In this document: positions 38,722-46,702 of the stretch, one piece after another
Layout of the letters: the number at the start of each line of letters is the position of its first letter
Numbering within the stretch: the stretch's first letter is position 1
From: a virus
Taxonomy: Duplodnaviria > Caudoviricetes
DNA length: 58,317 bases
Virus record (IMG/VR): IMGVR_UViG_3300031774_000014
Coordinates: 1-58,317 of that record
Reading direction: 5' to 3' (one strand)
Made by a program: the position numbers and the translations under genes
Notes under the pieces: generated by a model
Seen by the model: only the letters and a program-made list of their open reading frames with translations
Databases searched by the model: none
What the model was told of the DNA's origin: nothing

Positions 38722-39045
38722 ATGAACTTAATAATAGATAACTTAAAAATTGATCAAGTCGAGCATATCGAGTCTAACCTTGTAAATGTGTTTTGTGAGC
38801 TTGACTCAGGCAAAGACTGCTACGAAGGTGGTGTTGACGTTGACATAGTAGTAAGAGGAGATGACGACCGCATTCTTGTTGACGCTGTAAAAATTAACTG
38901 CGTAGAAGACGAAAGCGGTAATGAAGTTGAGGCTACTTTTAATGCAAAGGCGTTAGAAAATAAGTTTGAAACCTTACTTGGTAAAGTTCTACATAGTAAA
39001 TTCACTAACCAAAACGAAAGAGAACTTGTTGAGGCATTAAGCTAA
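38722..39045 (+). CDS. Hypothetical early protein
   Basis: TTGACG-17-TACCTT-6-ATG leaderless promoter fixes start at 38722. Confidence 0.75.
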   Translation: MNLIIDNLKIDQVEHIESNLVNVFCELDSGKDCYEGGVDVDIVVRGDDDRILVDAVKINCVEDESGNEVEATFNAKALENKFETLLGKVLHSKFTNQNERELVEALS

Positions 39046-39097
39046 AATAATTGCCAATAAGTTTGACGTAAGTTAAAAAATATACGATAGTAGTAAT

Positions 39098-39331
39098 ATG
39101 AACGAATTAGATATAATAAACACAGAAGCACGGATCAAACACATTAAATCCGTAATAGCAAATACACGTAAGAACTCAACGAACGTTGAAGCCGATGAAA
39201 TTGCCATTGAAGAACTTGCCTTGCCCGAACTAGCAAGAGCAGAAAAGAGGCTTGCCGAACTTAAGGCTAGCAGTGCAAAGCTTGACAAGTTCCTCGACAA
39301 GTTGGAAGCGCGCCATACTCACTTAAAATAA
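39098..39331 (+). CDS. Hypothetical coiled-coil early protein
   Basis: TTGACG-17-GATAGT-6-ATG. Confidence 0.75.
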   Translation: MNELDIINTEARIKHIKSVIANTRKNSTNVEADEIAIEELALPELARAEKRLAELKASSAKLDKFLDKLEARHTHLK

Positions 39332-39368
39332 GTTTGACACAATTAACTAAATAGACAATAGTAATAAC

Positions 39369-39521
39369 ATGACAGAACAATTAGAAACATTCATGACAGA
39401 AGAACTCGGTATCATCGACCGCTTGGGCAGAGACCCACTTGAGGGACTTGACCTCTTCGAGGACGTAGGCGGTAACATATGGACACTTGACCAAATCATC
39501 CACGAATTCAATAACCAATGA
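39369..39521 (+). CDS. Acidic 50-aa hypothetical protein (not in ORF track)
   Basis: TTGACA-17-AATAGT-6-ATG; MTEQLETFMTEELGIIDRLG...; ATGA overlap with next ORF. Confidence 0.7.
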   Translation: MTEQLETFMTEELGIIDRLGRDPLEGLDLFEDVGGNIWTLDQIIHEFNNQ

Positions 39522-39736
39522 GCGCCGAAAGAGTACCATACCCCGAACTTGATTGCTCCATTGCAATGAGCAAGGCACGCGGCAACCTAAACTTTCTTGT
39601 GAATAGAACTAAGGAAGAATGGAGCGAAACCTTTACCACAGCGCAAGCCATACAAGATGCCCATGCTGCGCTTGTACTAGCACAAGAAGAATACGAGAAA
39701 GTCTTGACTTTACTCAGAGAATCTACTAAATTATAA
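39518..39736 (+). CDS. Hypothetical protein (72 aa)
   Basis: Translationally coupled to upstream ORF. Confidence 0.7.
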   Translation: MSAERVPYPELDCSIAMSKARGNLNFLVNRTKEEWSETFTTAQAIQDAHAALVLAQEEYEKVLTLLRESTKL

Positions 39737-39738
39737 GC

Positions 39739-39939
39739 ATGAAATTAGTTCTCACAACAATAGGTCAAGGCAAGGTCGCCATAGTAGAAAGCGCCGAAAA
39801 GGCGGATGAACGTAAAGGGGAAATGTACATCAGCCATGCAGTAGCAAGGTACAATGTGGAAAAAGGCAACTTTGTAGATGTATCAGCCAAAGGATGGAAT
39901 CCCGAAGGTCGTCTCTATGTGCTAGCCGAAGACATGTAA
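39739..39939 (+). CDS. Hypothetical protein (66 aa)
   Basis: TTGACT-17-TAAATT-6-ATG; stop codon is the first TAA of repeat copy 1. Confidence 0.7.
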   Translation: MKLVLTTIGQGKVAIVESAEKADERKGEMYISHAVARYNVEKGNFVDVSAKGWNPEGRLYVLAEDM

Positions 39940-40003
39940 GTCGTTGAGTATCAGGCGCTTATGGCGCCCTGGCCCGCCTAAGTCGTTGACTATCAGTGGG
40001 TTA
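39937..40003. repeat. 67-bp double-dyad element, copy 1 (between convergent genes)
   Basis: TAAGTCGTTGAGTATCAGGCGCTTA-TGGCGCCCTGGCCCGCC-TAAGTCGTTGACTATCAGTGGGTTA. Confidence 0.95.
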
Positions 40004-40008
40004 CGGGT

Positions 40009-40263
40009 TTAATTACACCATTCGGCGTCTTCTCCTTGTTCGTCCATTAGCCACTCGTCTAGTGCGTAGGTGTCAAGGTCAGGATCGTTATAGCTCACCC
40101 CGTCAGGGGTGACAGGGGTGCCGCAATCTACTAGCGCTTGAGCTAGGTCTTTGTAGTGAACGAACCGACGCGCCTTCTTATAAAGACTCCGGTCGTTGCC
40201 TAGCCATAGCGCTACGTTCCAAGTCTCCCAATTCTTCCATCCGTTGTATGTTGTATCTGTCAT
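40009..40263 (-). CDS. Conserved phage hypothetical protein
   Basis: YNGWKNWETWNVALWL.ND motif typical of a widespread phage family. Confidence 0.8.
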   Translation of the reverse strand: MTDTTYNGWKNWETWNVALWLGNDRSLYKKARRFVHYKDLAQALVDCGTPVTPDGVSYNDPDLDTYALDEWLMDEQGEDAEWCN

Positions 40264-40265
40264 AA

Positions 40266-40469
40266 TTAACTTTCTTTGAATTCTTTTATAATTTGTTCCA
40301 TTTGTGAAAGTACAGATTTTTTGTTTCCTTTGAATCCGTACTCAGTTTTTGCGATTGAATATGCTGATTGACCTCTTCCCTTCATTCCAAGACACTCTAA
40401 CTTGAGCGCGGATCTTATACTGAGAAATCGAAACATATCAATTTGTTCGGGTGTTTTTAATACTAACAT
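40266..40469 (-). CDS. Hypothetical protein (67 aa)
   Basis: TTGACA-17-TAGATT-6-ATG. Confidence 0.8.
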   Translation of the reverse strand: MLVLKTPEQIDMFRFLSIRSALKLECLGMKGRGQSAYSIAKTEYGFKGNKKSVLSQMEQIIKEFKES

Positions 40470-40505
40470 AATAATAATCTAGTTGAGTTTTTCGGTTTTG
40501 TCAAA

Positions 40506-40691
40506 TTAAATAACAAGGCAATTAGCGATAGCCATTTGGTCAATAGCATCACAAATCTGTTCTTTCTCAAGTTCTGCATTGATGATTGTACCTTGTGACC
40601 AATTACAACCTGCATCTGCATCGATTTTCTCTGAGTCGATAATTTGTTGAAGTTGGTTAATTCTTTCGTTGAGTTCTTTTAATGTTGTCAT
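40506..40691 (-). CDS. Hypothetical protein (61 aa)
   Basis: TTGCTA-17-TAGTTT-6-ATG; repeat copy 2 at -66. Confidence 0.8.
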   Translation of the reverse strand: MTTLKELNERINQLQQIIDSEKIDADAGCNWSQGTIINAELEKEQICDAIDQMAIANCLVI

Positions 40692-40756
40692 AATAGTAAA
40701 CTAACACCCTAACCTAATTATAGCAAGAAAAAAGTTAAATTAAATGCATGTTGCCA

Positions 40757-40823
40757 TAAGCACTTGACTATCAGGCACTTATGGCGCCCCGGCCCGCCTA
40801 AGTCGTTGACCATCAACAACTTA
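40757..40823. repeat. 67-bp double-dyad element, copy 2
   Basis: TAAGCACTTGACTATCAGGCACTTA-TGGCGCCCCGGCCCGCC-TAAGTCGTTGACCATCAACAACTTA. Confidence 0.95.
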
Positions 40824-40835
40824 GGGGGGATTATG

Positions 40836-40946
40836 CTACTTTTCCCAAGTGTCGTCTTGCCCAAGCATACATTGAAACATAAGAAAGAAAGCAAAGAATG
40901 TGGGCGTCAAGAAGAAAAAGTAAATAATAAATTCTAAAATACTCAC
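40836..40946 (-). CDS. 36-aa single-TM peptide (not in ORF track)
   Basis: GTG overlapping upstream stop; MSILEFIIYFFFLTPTFFAFFLMFQCMLGQDDTWEK. Confidence 0.55.
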   Translation of the reverse strand: MSILEFIIYFFFLTPTFFAFFLMFQCMLGQDDTWEK

Positions 40947-41209
40947 TTGTAAAGTCCTTTCATTTGGTCGCTAATACCAAGATCCAAATCCTCTTCGTCA
41001 ATCGACTCGGCAGTAGGGTTGTAATCAATAAGAGACATCTCGTCTTCGATGTCATGCTTTTGATTGTCAAGTAATCCATGCTCGCCCAAAACCTCTTGAG
41101 ACTTAATCTCTGAAACAAAATCTTCTAGAGACTTGTTGAGACCAAGACCTTTAGGCGATTGGACGGCGTGCTTAATGATGGATAATCTTTGTTCTTGTGT
41201 TAATGTCAT
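40943..41209 (-). CDS. Acidic hypothetical protein (88 aa)
   Basis: Coupled ORF; N-terminus resembles that of 41206-41472. Confidence 0.75.
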   Translation of the reverse strand: MTLTQEQRLSIIKHAVQSPKGLGLNKSLEDFVSEIKSQEVLGEHGLLDNQKHDIEDEMSLIDYNPTAESIDEEDLDLGISDQMKGLYK

Positions 41210-41472
41210 AGTTTTAATTGTTTTAATTGTTTATCATTTATAGACTGTCTCATTAAATAAGTCAATTCATTATCATACTTTTGTTGCTCTTTAGCTGACT
41301 CAAGAGCATAATTTGCTTCAATACCGCATTTAACTAAAAGATTTACTTGTTGAAATGTTTCTAGTCTTAGTTTAGCTTTTGACTTTCTATAATTAGCTTG
41401 AAGTTTGTTTTGTTTTTGTCGGGTTGCTTCTTTTTGGATAAGCGAGATTCTTTCTTGTTTTTTTAATGTCAT
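41206..41472 (-). CDS. Hypothetical protein (88 aa)
   Basis: TTGACA-17-TAATTT-6-ATG. Confidence 0.75.
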   Translation of the reverse strand: MTLKKQERISLIQKEATRQKQNKLQANYRKSKAKLRLETFQQVNLLVKCGIEANYALESAKEQQKYDNELTYLMRQSINDKQLKQLKL

Positions 41473-41481
41473 AATAGTAAA

Positions 41482-41709
41482 TTAGTTTAATGGTAATGCT
41501 TTGTCAAGCCTTGTGATAACAAATCGCCTAATGTTTTTAAGCACATCTCTTAATTTTATTTCAACCCTTGCTCTACTTACATCAATCTCTTCCCCTATCT
41601 CTCTGAGTTTCATCTTATGCCAATAGCGCATTTCTAATAGTTCTGAGTCTTCATTGTTCAAGCGAGCCATAACTTGCTCGATGTAATCTTTTGTTTCGTA
41701 TGGTGTCAT
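41482..41709 (-). CDS. Stand-alone sigma70 region-4-like HTH protein
   Basis: L...D..LL..RY...M.LREIGE...VSR.RV pattern; TTGCTT-17-TACCTT-6-ATG. Confidence 0.75.
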   Translation of the reverse strand: MTPYETKDYIEQVMARLNNEDSELLEMRYWHKMKLREIGEEIDVSRARVEIKLRDVLKNIRRFVITRLDKALPLN

Positions 41710-41729
41710 AATAGTAAGGTAAATTAGTT

Positions 41730-42086
41730 TTAGGAGTTAAGCAAGCTTTTTTCTTCACGAATTGCAACGAGTAAATCTTCGTGAGCTTTTCCGTCAAGTT
41801 GAAATTGTCTCATGAGTTTAGAAATGTCAATAGGTTTTTGCCATCCTAGCACATCATCATATAAAGAAAGAGGAACTTTCTTTCTGTCTCCGCCCTCATC
41901 AAATTGAGCACCAAACACTGCAACTTCAAAAGTTTCATGCTGATAAGTACCATAAGGCAAAGACCAATCGTCTTCTATGTCGCCCGCAATAACAGAAAAT
42001 AAATATCCGTTGTCAAGCTCAAGTGATGCAGTCCATCTTTTAATATCTTTGTGGTGTGTGAATTTTAAATCATTGAATGTTTTCAT
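41730..42086 (-). CDS. Conserved phage hypothetical protein
   Basis: MKTF.DL.F...NGY..SV...YG....FEVAV...DDVLGW pattern; TTGACA-17-TAGTTT promoter. Confidence 0.8.
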   Translation of the reverse strand: MKTFNDLKFTHHKDIKRWTASLELDNGYLFSVIAGDIEDDWSLPYGTYQHETFEVAVFGAQFDEGGDRKKVPLSLYDDVLGWQKPIDISKLMRQFQLDGKAHEDLLVAIREEKSLLNS

Positions 42087-42119
42087 ATAATAATAAACTA
42101 AATTAGTTTGTTTTGTTTG

Positions 42120-42512
42120 TCAACTATTATCTTCAAGGCTTGCCCACTCTGCTTCGCCCGCAATAATATCCATGATGTCAGAAATAACTTGATCGTAAAT
42201 TTTAGCATCCATTCTGTGATACTTGTTAAGCTTTTTATCAAATTCTTTACAAGCCTGACTTATAAAACATGGAGCATGGTCAACGAACCGATTAAAGAGT
42301 CCGTCATCTGTGTGAATGACATTTTTTTTCTTGCCCGATTCTATAATCTCTTCCAATTCACTTTCTATCCAGTCTTCATGCTCTTCGGAAATTTCACCAC
42401 AATCTTTGTAATATTGTTTTTTTCTTTCTCCTATTAGTTCTTGATGTAATTTTTTATGCTCAATCAAGTCGTCTCTTAATTCAAATAATTTTTTAAAAGT
42501 TTCTTTTTTCAT
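42120..42512 (-). CDS. Hypothetical protein (130 aa)
   Basis: Start reassigned to MKKETF using upstream TTGACA promoter. Confidence 0.75.
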   Translation of the reverse strand: MKKETFKKLFELRDDLIEHKKLHQELIGERKKQYYKDCGEISEEHEDWIESELEEIIESGKKKNVIHTDDGLFNRFVDHAPCFISQACKEFDKKLNKYHRMDAKIYDQVISDIMDIIAGEAEWASLEDNS

Positions 42513-42517
42513 AATAA

Positions 42518-42757
42518 TTATATAACTTCTTGTAAGTCTTTTGTCAATGCTCTTTCTGCATCTACTTGTTCTTGTAATAAGTTGAGTTTGTTTAGTAAGC
42601 CTTTGTAGCCGATATAGTCGCCACGAAAGTGACCTTTCCATACTCCGTCAACTCGTTGAAATGTGATATCCCACTTCGATTTATAGTCATAAGTTCTTAG
42701 CAAGCCATTTGGCAAGCGCTCGAAGTAGAATTCTTTTCCGTTGTCTTTAATTGTCAT
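42518..42757 (-). CDS. Hypothetical protein (79 aa)
   Basis: TTGACA-17-TACTTT-6-ATG fixes start MTIKDNG. Confidence 0.75.
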   Translation of the reverse strand: MTIKDNGKEFYFERLPNGLLRTYDYKSKWDITFQRVDGVWKGHFRGDYIGYKGLLNKLNLLQEQVDAERALTKDLQEVI

Positions 42758-42788
42758 AAATATAAAGTAGTTTAGTTTTTGCTCTGTG

Positions 42789-42971
42789 TCAAATAGAAAC
42801 ACGAATAAATTCTGTAGTGCTGTTACCCACATCAGCGCGGATAAAATGAATCAAATCTTCCTCCAATGCTTGCTCGACTGTGGCGAGGTGATCTTTGAGT
42901 TTGCTACTGTAGAGCCAAATCTCTCCGTCCTGGGTTGAATTGATAAGTTCGATTAGTTCTTTTGTTGTCAT
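42789..42971 (-). CDS. Hypothetical protein (60 aa)
   Basis: TTGCTA-17-TAGTGT-6-ATG; repeat copy 3 at -66. Confidence 0.75.
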   Translation of the reverse strand: MTTKELIELINSTQDGEIWLYSSKLKDHLATVEQALEEDLIHFIRADVGNSTTEFIRVSI

Positions 42972-43036
42972 ACCAATACACTAAGGCATCCGGCTAACTA
43001 TAGCAAGAAAAAAGTGAAATTAATTTAAGATTGTCG

Positions 43037-43103
43037 TAAGTCGTTGACTGCCAGACACTTATGGCGCCCCGGCCCGCCTAAGTCGTTGACTATCAGCGGG
43101 TTA
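43037..43103. repeat. 67-bp double-dyad element, copy 3
   Basis: TAAGTCGTTGACTGCCAGACACTTA-TGGCGCCCCGGCCCGCC-TAAGTCGTTGACTATCAGCGGGTTA. Confidence 0.95.
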
Positions 43104-43114
43104 TAAGATTAATA

Positions 43115-43143
43115 AATGTAGTTGAGTTTGTCGCTCGTGTCAA
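43115..43143 (-). promoter_or_regulatory. Orphan sigma70-type promoter pointing into repeat copy 3
   Basis: TTGACA-17-TACATT with no ATG at +1. Confidence 0.6.
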
Positions 43144-43152
43144 ATTAAAAGA

Positions 43153-43767
43153 TCATTTTTTTTCTTGAGCTTTGTAGTCGGCAACCATGTCATCCGCCTT
43201 TTTTTTGTCAGATTTCTTAAGTTTGCCGATCTCTTCCAGGAAAACTATAGTGCAACGAGATAATTCTGATTCTTTCCACTCTTCAAATATCATATTCAAG
43301 ATTTCTTTACCAATATTCAAAATATTCTTCCACTCAATATCATCATTACGACGCCAAAGTTTATTCCCATAGCTGTTGTAGTATGCTCGATTGACGTATA
43401 AAGAGTCAATATATTCAAGTAATGTATAATTGATTGCATCCTCAGTTCCTGAATCAAACGTGATAAATGCATTGCAAAAATTTTCCAATGTCAAACTCAA
43501 CCCTTGGCCGAAAACACCTTGTCCGATTATAGATTCTTGAAACATATCGAATACTGAGCAAACCCTTGAATTCTCTACTTTAGGAAAGTTTTCTTGCTCT
43601 TCATCTATTAGTGAAAGGTAATCAGCTTCTACATCATGATCAAGTAAAATGTAAACATCTTCTTGTTTTTTAGCAAGCAAGTGCCTGAACAATTCTGACA
43701 TGAAATAGATTTGCCTGTGAGTTAATTGTTGGTAGATTTTTCTGTTGCTTTCTATTGTTGTTGTCAT
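43153..43767 (-). CDS. Hypothetical protein (204 aa)
   Basis: TTGCTA-17-TAGGTT-6-ATG; repeat copy 4 at -66. Confidence 0.85.
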   Translation of the reverse strand: MTTTIESNRKIYQQLTHRQIYFMSELFRHLLAKKQEDVYILLDHDVEADYLSLIDEEQENFPKVENSRVCSVFDMFQESIIGQGVFGQGLSLTLENFCNAFITFDSGTEDAINYTLLEYIDSLYVNRAYYNSYGNKLWRRNDDIEWKNILNIGKEILNMIFEEWKESELSRCTIVFLEEIGKLKKSDKKKADDMVADYKAQEKK

Positions 43768-43832
43768 AATAGTAACCTAACACCGCCACCTAACTATAGC
43801 AAGAAAAAAGTAAAATTAAATGAATGTTGTCG

Positions 43833-43899
43833 TAAGTCGTTAACTATCAGGCACTTATGGCGCCCCGGCCCGCCTAAGTCGTTGACTATCAACAACTTA
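43833..43899. repeat. 67-bp double-dyad element, copy 4
   Basis: TAAGTCGTTAACTATCAGGCACTTA-TGGCGCCCCGGCCCGCC-TAAGTCGTTGACTATCAACAACTTA. Confidence 0.95.
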
Positions 43900-43920
43900 G
43901 GAGACTTTTTGGGGGTTGAC

Positions 43921-44649
43921 TTAGTGGGCTAAGTACGCTATGCCCTTTTTGCATCCCTTAATAAAGCAAAGGTTGCAATTATGCGCTTGACAAGTTGCAA
44001 GAATCTTGCCGTCCTCACCCTTTACATAAGTTGCGGGGCAAACAAAATGTCCGTCTTGCTCGGCTTGCTCTTTGCTAGTATAAACCGAAGTGCCCGCGTC
44101 GAGTCCGTCCACTTGAGGGGCTGGCTCGTCAACATAAATTGCGCTTGGCTTAATGCAAACGTTTTTGAGACTAGCTAACTTTTGCAAGTGGGGAAGTTGA
44201 GAATCGCGCTTCCATTCCCTAGTTGGAAACCAAAATTTGATAGTTGGAAATTGTTCGCAAATCTTAATCCACGCGGTAATATACTTAGGCGAAAATAGGT
44301 CGCCTGAATCATGAACTCGAAACAAATCTGTGTTTGTCTTTTTGAGTTGCTTTTTGTTTCCGTGCTTGTCGAAATACTTTGCGCGAATTTGCTTGCACAT
44401 CTCGTCAATAAAGGTTTGCCCGTTGTCTTGATGTAAAGACTTTGTAATAAGATCCGCCTTGCCTTGTAAACTTGCCTTGACATTGGAAAACATATAAAAG
44501 CCCTTGCAAGCATAGCAAGAATCACAAATAAACTTTTTGCCCGCTTCTTTAATCTTTGCTAATAGCTGCGCGGCAGGGCAATACTTGAAAGCGGGAATGT
44601 TGAACGAATAGCAAGGCATCTTGCTTGGATTGGATAATAAGTTAATCAT
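43921..44649 (-). CDS. GP88-family (radical-SAM-like, Cys-rich) protein
   Basis: LS.PSKMP..SF.IPA..CP, C..CYA.KG.Y, FR.HDSGD, W.PTRE, C-terminal CPA..C...C..C. Confidence 0.8.
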   Translation of the reverse strand: MINLLSNPSKMPCYSFNIPAFKYCPAAQLLAKIKEAGKKFICDSCYACKGFYMFSNVKASLQGKADLITKSLHQDNGQTFIDEMCKQIRAKYFDKHGNKKQLKKTNTDLFRVHDSGDLFSPKYITAWIKICEQFPTIKFWFPTREWKRDSQLPHLQKLASLKNVCIKPSAIYVDEPAPQVDGLDAGTSVYTSKEQAEQDGHFVCPATYVKGEDGKILATCQAHNCNLCFIKGCKKGIAYLAH

Positions 44650-44687
44650 GTATAAAATATAGTTGAGTTGTTTTGAGATTGCAAGCT

Positions 44688-44879
44688 TTAAGCAACTAAA
44701 TCTTCAAAGAAGTCAGGCTCAAGAGAAAATTCACTTACAAAATGATTTTCCCAATCCGATAGTGTACCGCCTTGTCCGATATCTAGCCACATTGCTGAGT
44801 TAAACGCGACCACTTGATCCTCCGCCTCTCGATGAGTTAATCCGTCGCGGTTCATTAAGGTTTTAATTATTCTGTTCAT
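44688..44879 (-). CDS. Conserved phage hypothetical protein (63 aa)
   Basis: I...LM.RDG....EA...F.LEPD motif; TTGTGT-17-TACTTT-6-ATG; repeat copy 5 at -66. Confidence 0.8.
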   Translation of the reverse strand: MNRIIKTLMNRDGLTHREAEDQVVAFNSAMWLDIGQGGTLSDWENHFVSEFSLEPDFFEDLVA

Positions 44880-44944
44880 AAATATAAAGTACCACCAAAC
44901 CTAACCGAACACAAGAAAAAAGTGAATTAAATCGAAAGTTGTCG

Positions 44945-45011
44945 TAAGTCGTTGGCTATCAGGCACTTATGGCGCCCGGGGCGCTGTAAGTCGTTGACTA
45001 TCAGTGGGTTA
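44945..45011. repeat. 67-bp double-dyad element, copy 5
   Basis: TAAGTCGTTGGCTATCAGGCACTTA-TGGCGCCCGGGGCGCTG-TAAGTCGTTGACTATCAGTGGGTTA. Confidence 0.95.
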
Positions 45012-45029
45012 TACAACTTATACCCCCAC

Positions 45030-45059
45030 AAAAAAGCCCCTCCGACAACGGGAGGGGCT
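45030..45059 (-). terminator. Intrinsic terminator
   Basis: AGCCCCTCC-cgttgtc-GGAGGGGCT + T-run. Confidence 0.85.
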
Positions 45060-45078
45060 GTATTTGGCAAGATCGTAT

Positions 45079-45237
45079 TTATCGTCCTCGCTTTTCCAAT
45101 TGATACAATTTATCCAAAAGGCCCATATGCTGAGATTTTAGGTTATAATAATCCGGAGTGTTCTCTCCGTAAATCTCGCGCACTGCGAGTTGATATCCAA
45201 GTTTACGAATGTTGTCCTGTAGTGTTTTAATTGACAT
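45079..45237 (-). CDS. 52-aa hypothetical protein (not in ORF track)
   Basis: MSIKTLQDNIRKLGYQLAVREIYGE...; fills gap between WYL-like ORF and terminator. Confidence 0.65.
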   Translation of the reverse strand: MSIKTLQDNIRKLGYQLAVREIYGENTPDYYNLKSQHMGLLDKLYQLEKRGR

Positions 45238-45242
45238 AATTT

Positions 45243-45476
45243 TTATCCTCTGTTAAGTGAAATGACGCGATCATAGCGAAAAGAACGGATTCCGCCTTTG
45301 TTGAAGCAATAAGCTCTAAAGCCCGCAACCGAAAGACCTTCCTTCGAATTGCCGAACTCGTTCTTGTGTTTTGGTTTAGTGATGGTGTACATCTGAGTGA
45401 CTCCGTTAGCCTTGGTATAAAGCACTTGGTAGCGCGCATTAAATAGACTAAGAATTTTGTTTAATAACTTCTTCAT
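45243..45476 (-). CDS. Small WYL-like (SH3-fold) domain protein
   Basis: Y.K.NG N-terminal strand and AYC....IRSFRYDRV motif; SD GGAG before ATG 45476. Confidence 0.6.
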   Translation of the reverse strand: MKKLLNKILSLFNARYQVLYTKANGVTQMYTITKPKHKNEFGNSKEGLSVAGFRAYCFNKGGIRSFRYDRVISLNRG

Positions 45477-45699
45477 TTTCTTCTTCTCCTGTGATAGGGT
45501 TTTGATTGTAGTGGTTGTAAGCATCAGTCACTTCTTGTGCTGATTCGAAACTTACAGAAATAATATCTCTTGTGTTGTATGGGTGGTAATCTGTGGAAGA
45601 CTCTTCAAAGAATAACTCCCAAAGCTCGCTTACTTCATCCCATGTTGGTAAATCTAGTGGTCTGCCGATGCAGGTTGCTTCTATGTAATTGTTTTTCAT
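45448..45699 (-). CDS. Hypothetical protein (83 aa)
   Basis: Coupled ORF. Confidence 0.7.
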   Translation of the reverse strand: MKNNYIEATCIGRPLDLPTWDEVSELWELFFEESSTDYHPYNTRDIISVSFESAQEVTDAYNHYNQNPITGEEENEEVIKQNS

Positions 45700-45956
45700 T
45701 CTTCTATATTATATATGCCGAAGTGGTTTGCAAGCTTTAAAATGTTAGAATCTTCATTAAAAAAGTGGTAAGCATATGTGAGTAGTGCCTCTTTACTCCT
45801 GTCGTTGTAATCTCTAATCTCATCATAAATCTCAAAAATATTGAGATTCCAATTCCATGATTCTACTATGTCTGACACTTTCTCTCCGTCTACCAAGAGA
45901 GAGCCTGTCTGATCCATAGCTTGTTGCTTTGTTAATTTTGTATAAGTAGTAGTCAT
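45696..45956 (-). CDS. Hypothetical protein (86 aa)
   Basis: Coupled ORF. Confidence 0.7.
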   Translation of the reverse strand: MTTTYTKLTKQQAMDQTGSLLVDGEKVSDIVESWNWNLNIFEIYDEIRDYNDRSKEALLTYAYHFFNEDSNILKLANHFGIYNIEE

Positions 45957-46180
45957 AGTGATGCCCCTTCCATTGAGCCGTTAAGGCATAGTTCGTATTC
46001 TAGTGATTGTAAATCAACAATAATGTCCGCAAGGACTTCTTCTGCTGATTGTACTGTGAATCCATCCACGCCAAGTTCTTGTCCGCGTTCGACATTAGCC
46101 TTGTCCATAGCATCTGCATATCTAAGGTTTCCGTCAACGAGATGGCGAATGGTTTGTATAACTTTTTCTTGTGTCATCAT
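45953..46180 (-). CDS. Hypothetical protein (75 aa)
   Basis: TTGACA-17-TATATT-6-ATG. Confidence 0.75.
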   Translation of the reverse strand: MMTQEKVIQTIRHLVDGNLRYADAMDKANVERGQELGVDGFTVQSAEEVLADIIVDLQSLEYELCLNGSMEGASL

Positions 46181-46194
46181 ATAAACAATATAGG

Positions 46195-46398
46195 TTATCT
46201 GAGTGCGGTTGTCAACTCATTTTGAAACTTTTTTGCTTCAACTAAATCTTTTAAGTCGAAGCTAATAGATACAAGGTTTTCATTGATGTTCTTCATTACC
46301 TTGACGAGATCCTCCATGTTTGCATGTCTGCGGTGTTCCAGCATCTCATCGCTGAGTCCGTCAATGGCGGTTTTAATTGCATATATTTCTTCTTTCAT
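46195..46398 (-). CDS. Hypothetical protein (67 aa)
   Basis: Coupled ORF with GGAG SD. Confidence 0.7.
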   Translation of the reverse strand: MKEEIYAIKTAIDGLSDEMLEHRRHANMEDLVKVMKNINENLVSISFDLKDLVEAKKFQNELTTALR

Positions 46399-46596
46399 TT
46401 AACTATACATTACTCCTTCTAATTCTGATTGCAACCATAATATGGCTTTTTGTCTGATGTCACAGTGTGAGACTTCAGTAAATACATTGTCATTGACTCG
46501 AAGATAAAGATCGTTTCCGTTCTTTTTCTCTGTCTCTAGGTCGTTTTCTTTATACCACTTTTGGGCATAATCTATCATTCTTTGTTCGTGGCTCAT
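46399..46596 (-). CDS. Hypothetical protein (65 aa)
   Basis: Coupled ORF with GAGG SD. Confidence 0.7.
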   Translation of the reverse strand: MSHEQRMIDYAQKWYKENDLETEKKNGNDLYLRVNDNVFTEVSHCDIRQKAILWLQSELEGVMYS

Positions 46597-46597
46597 T

Positions 46598-46702
46598 TTA
46601 ATCCTCGCTGTTTATGTAAGCATTGTATAGTTTTAATAAATCTGCATCAGATCCATGTTCAATGATGCTCATTAGGTAGTCGACAATTTCTTCTTTGTTC
46701 AT
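46598..46702 (-). CDS. 34-aa hypothetical peptide (not in ORF track)
   Basis: MNKEEIVDYLMSIIEHGSDADLLKLYNAYINSED; ATGA overlap upstream, 1-nt gap downstream. Confidence 0.6.
   Translation of the reverse strand: MNKEEIVDYLMSIIEHGSDADLLKLYNAYINSED

Noticed and set aside
43726-45230. Plus-strand ORFs 43726-43932 and 44952-45230 sharing the peptide IRHLWRPG..KSLTI
   Set aside because: They are translations of the DNA repeat, antisense to promoters and terminators
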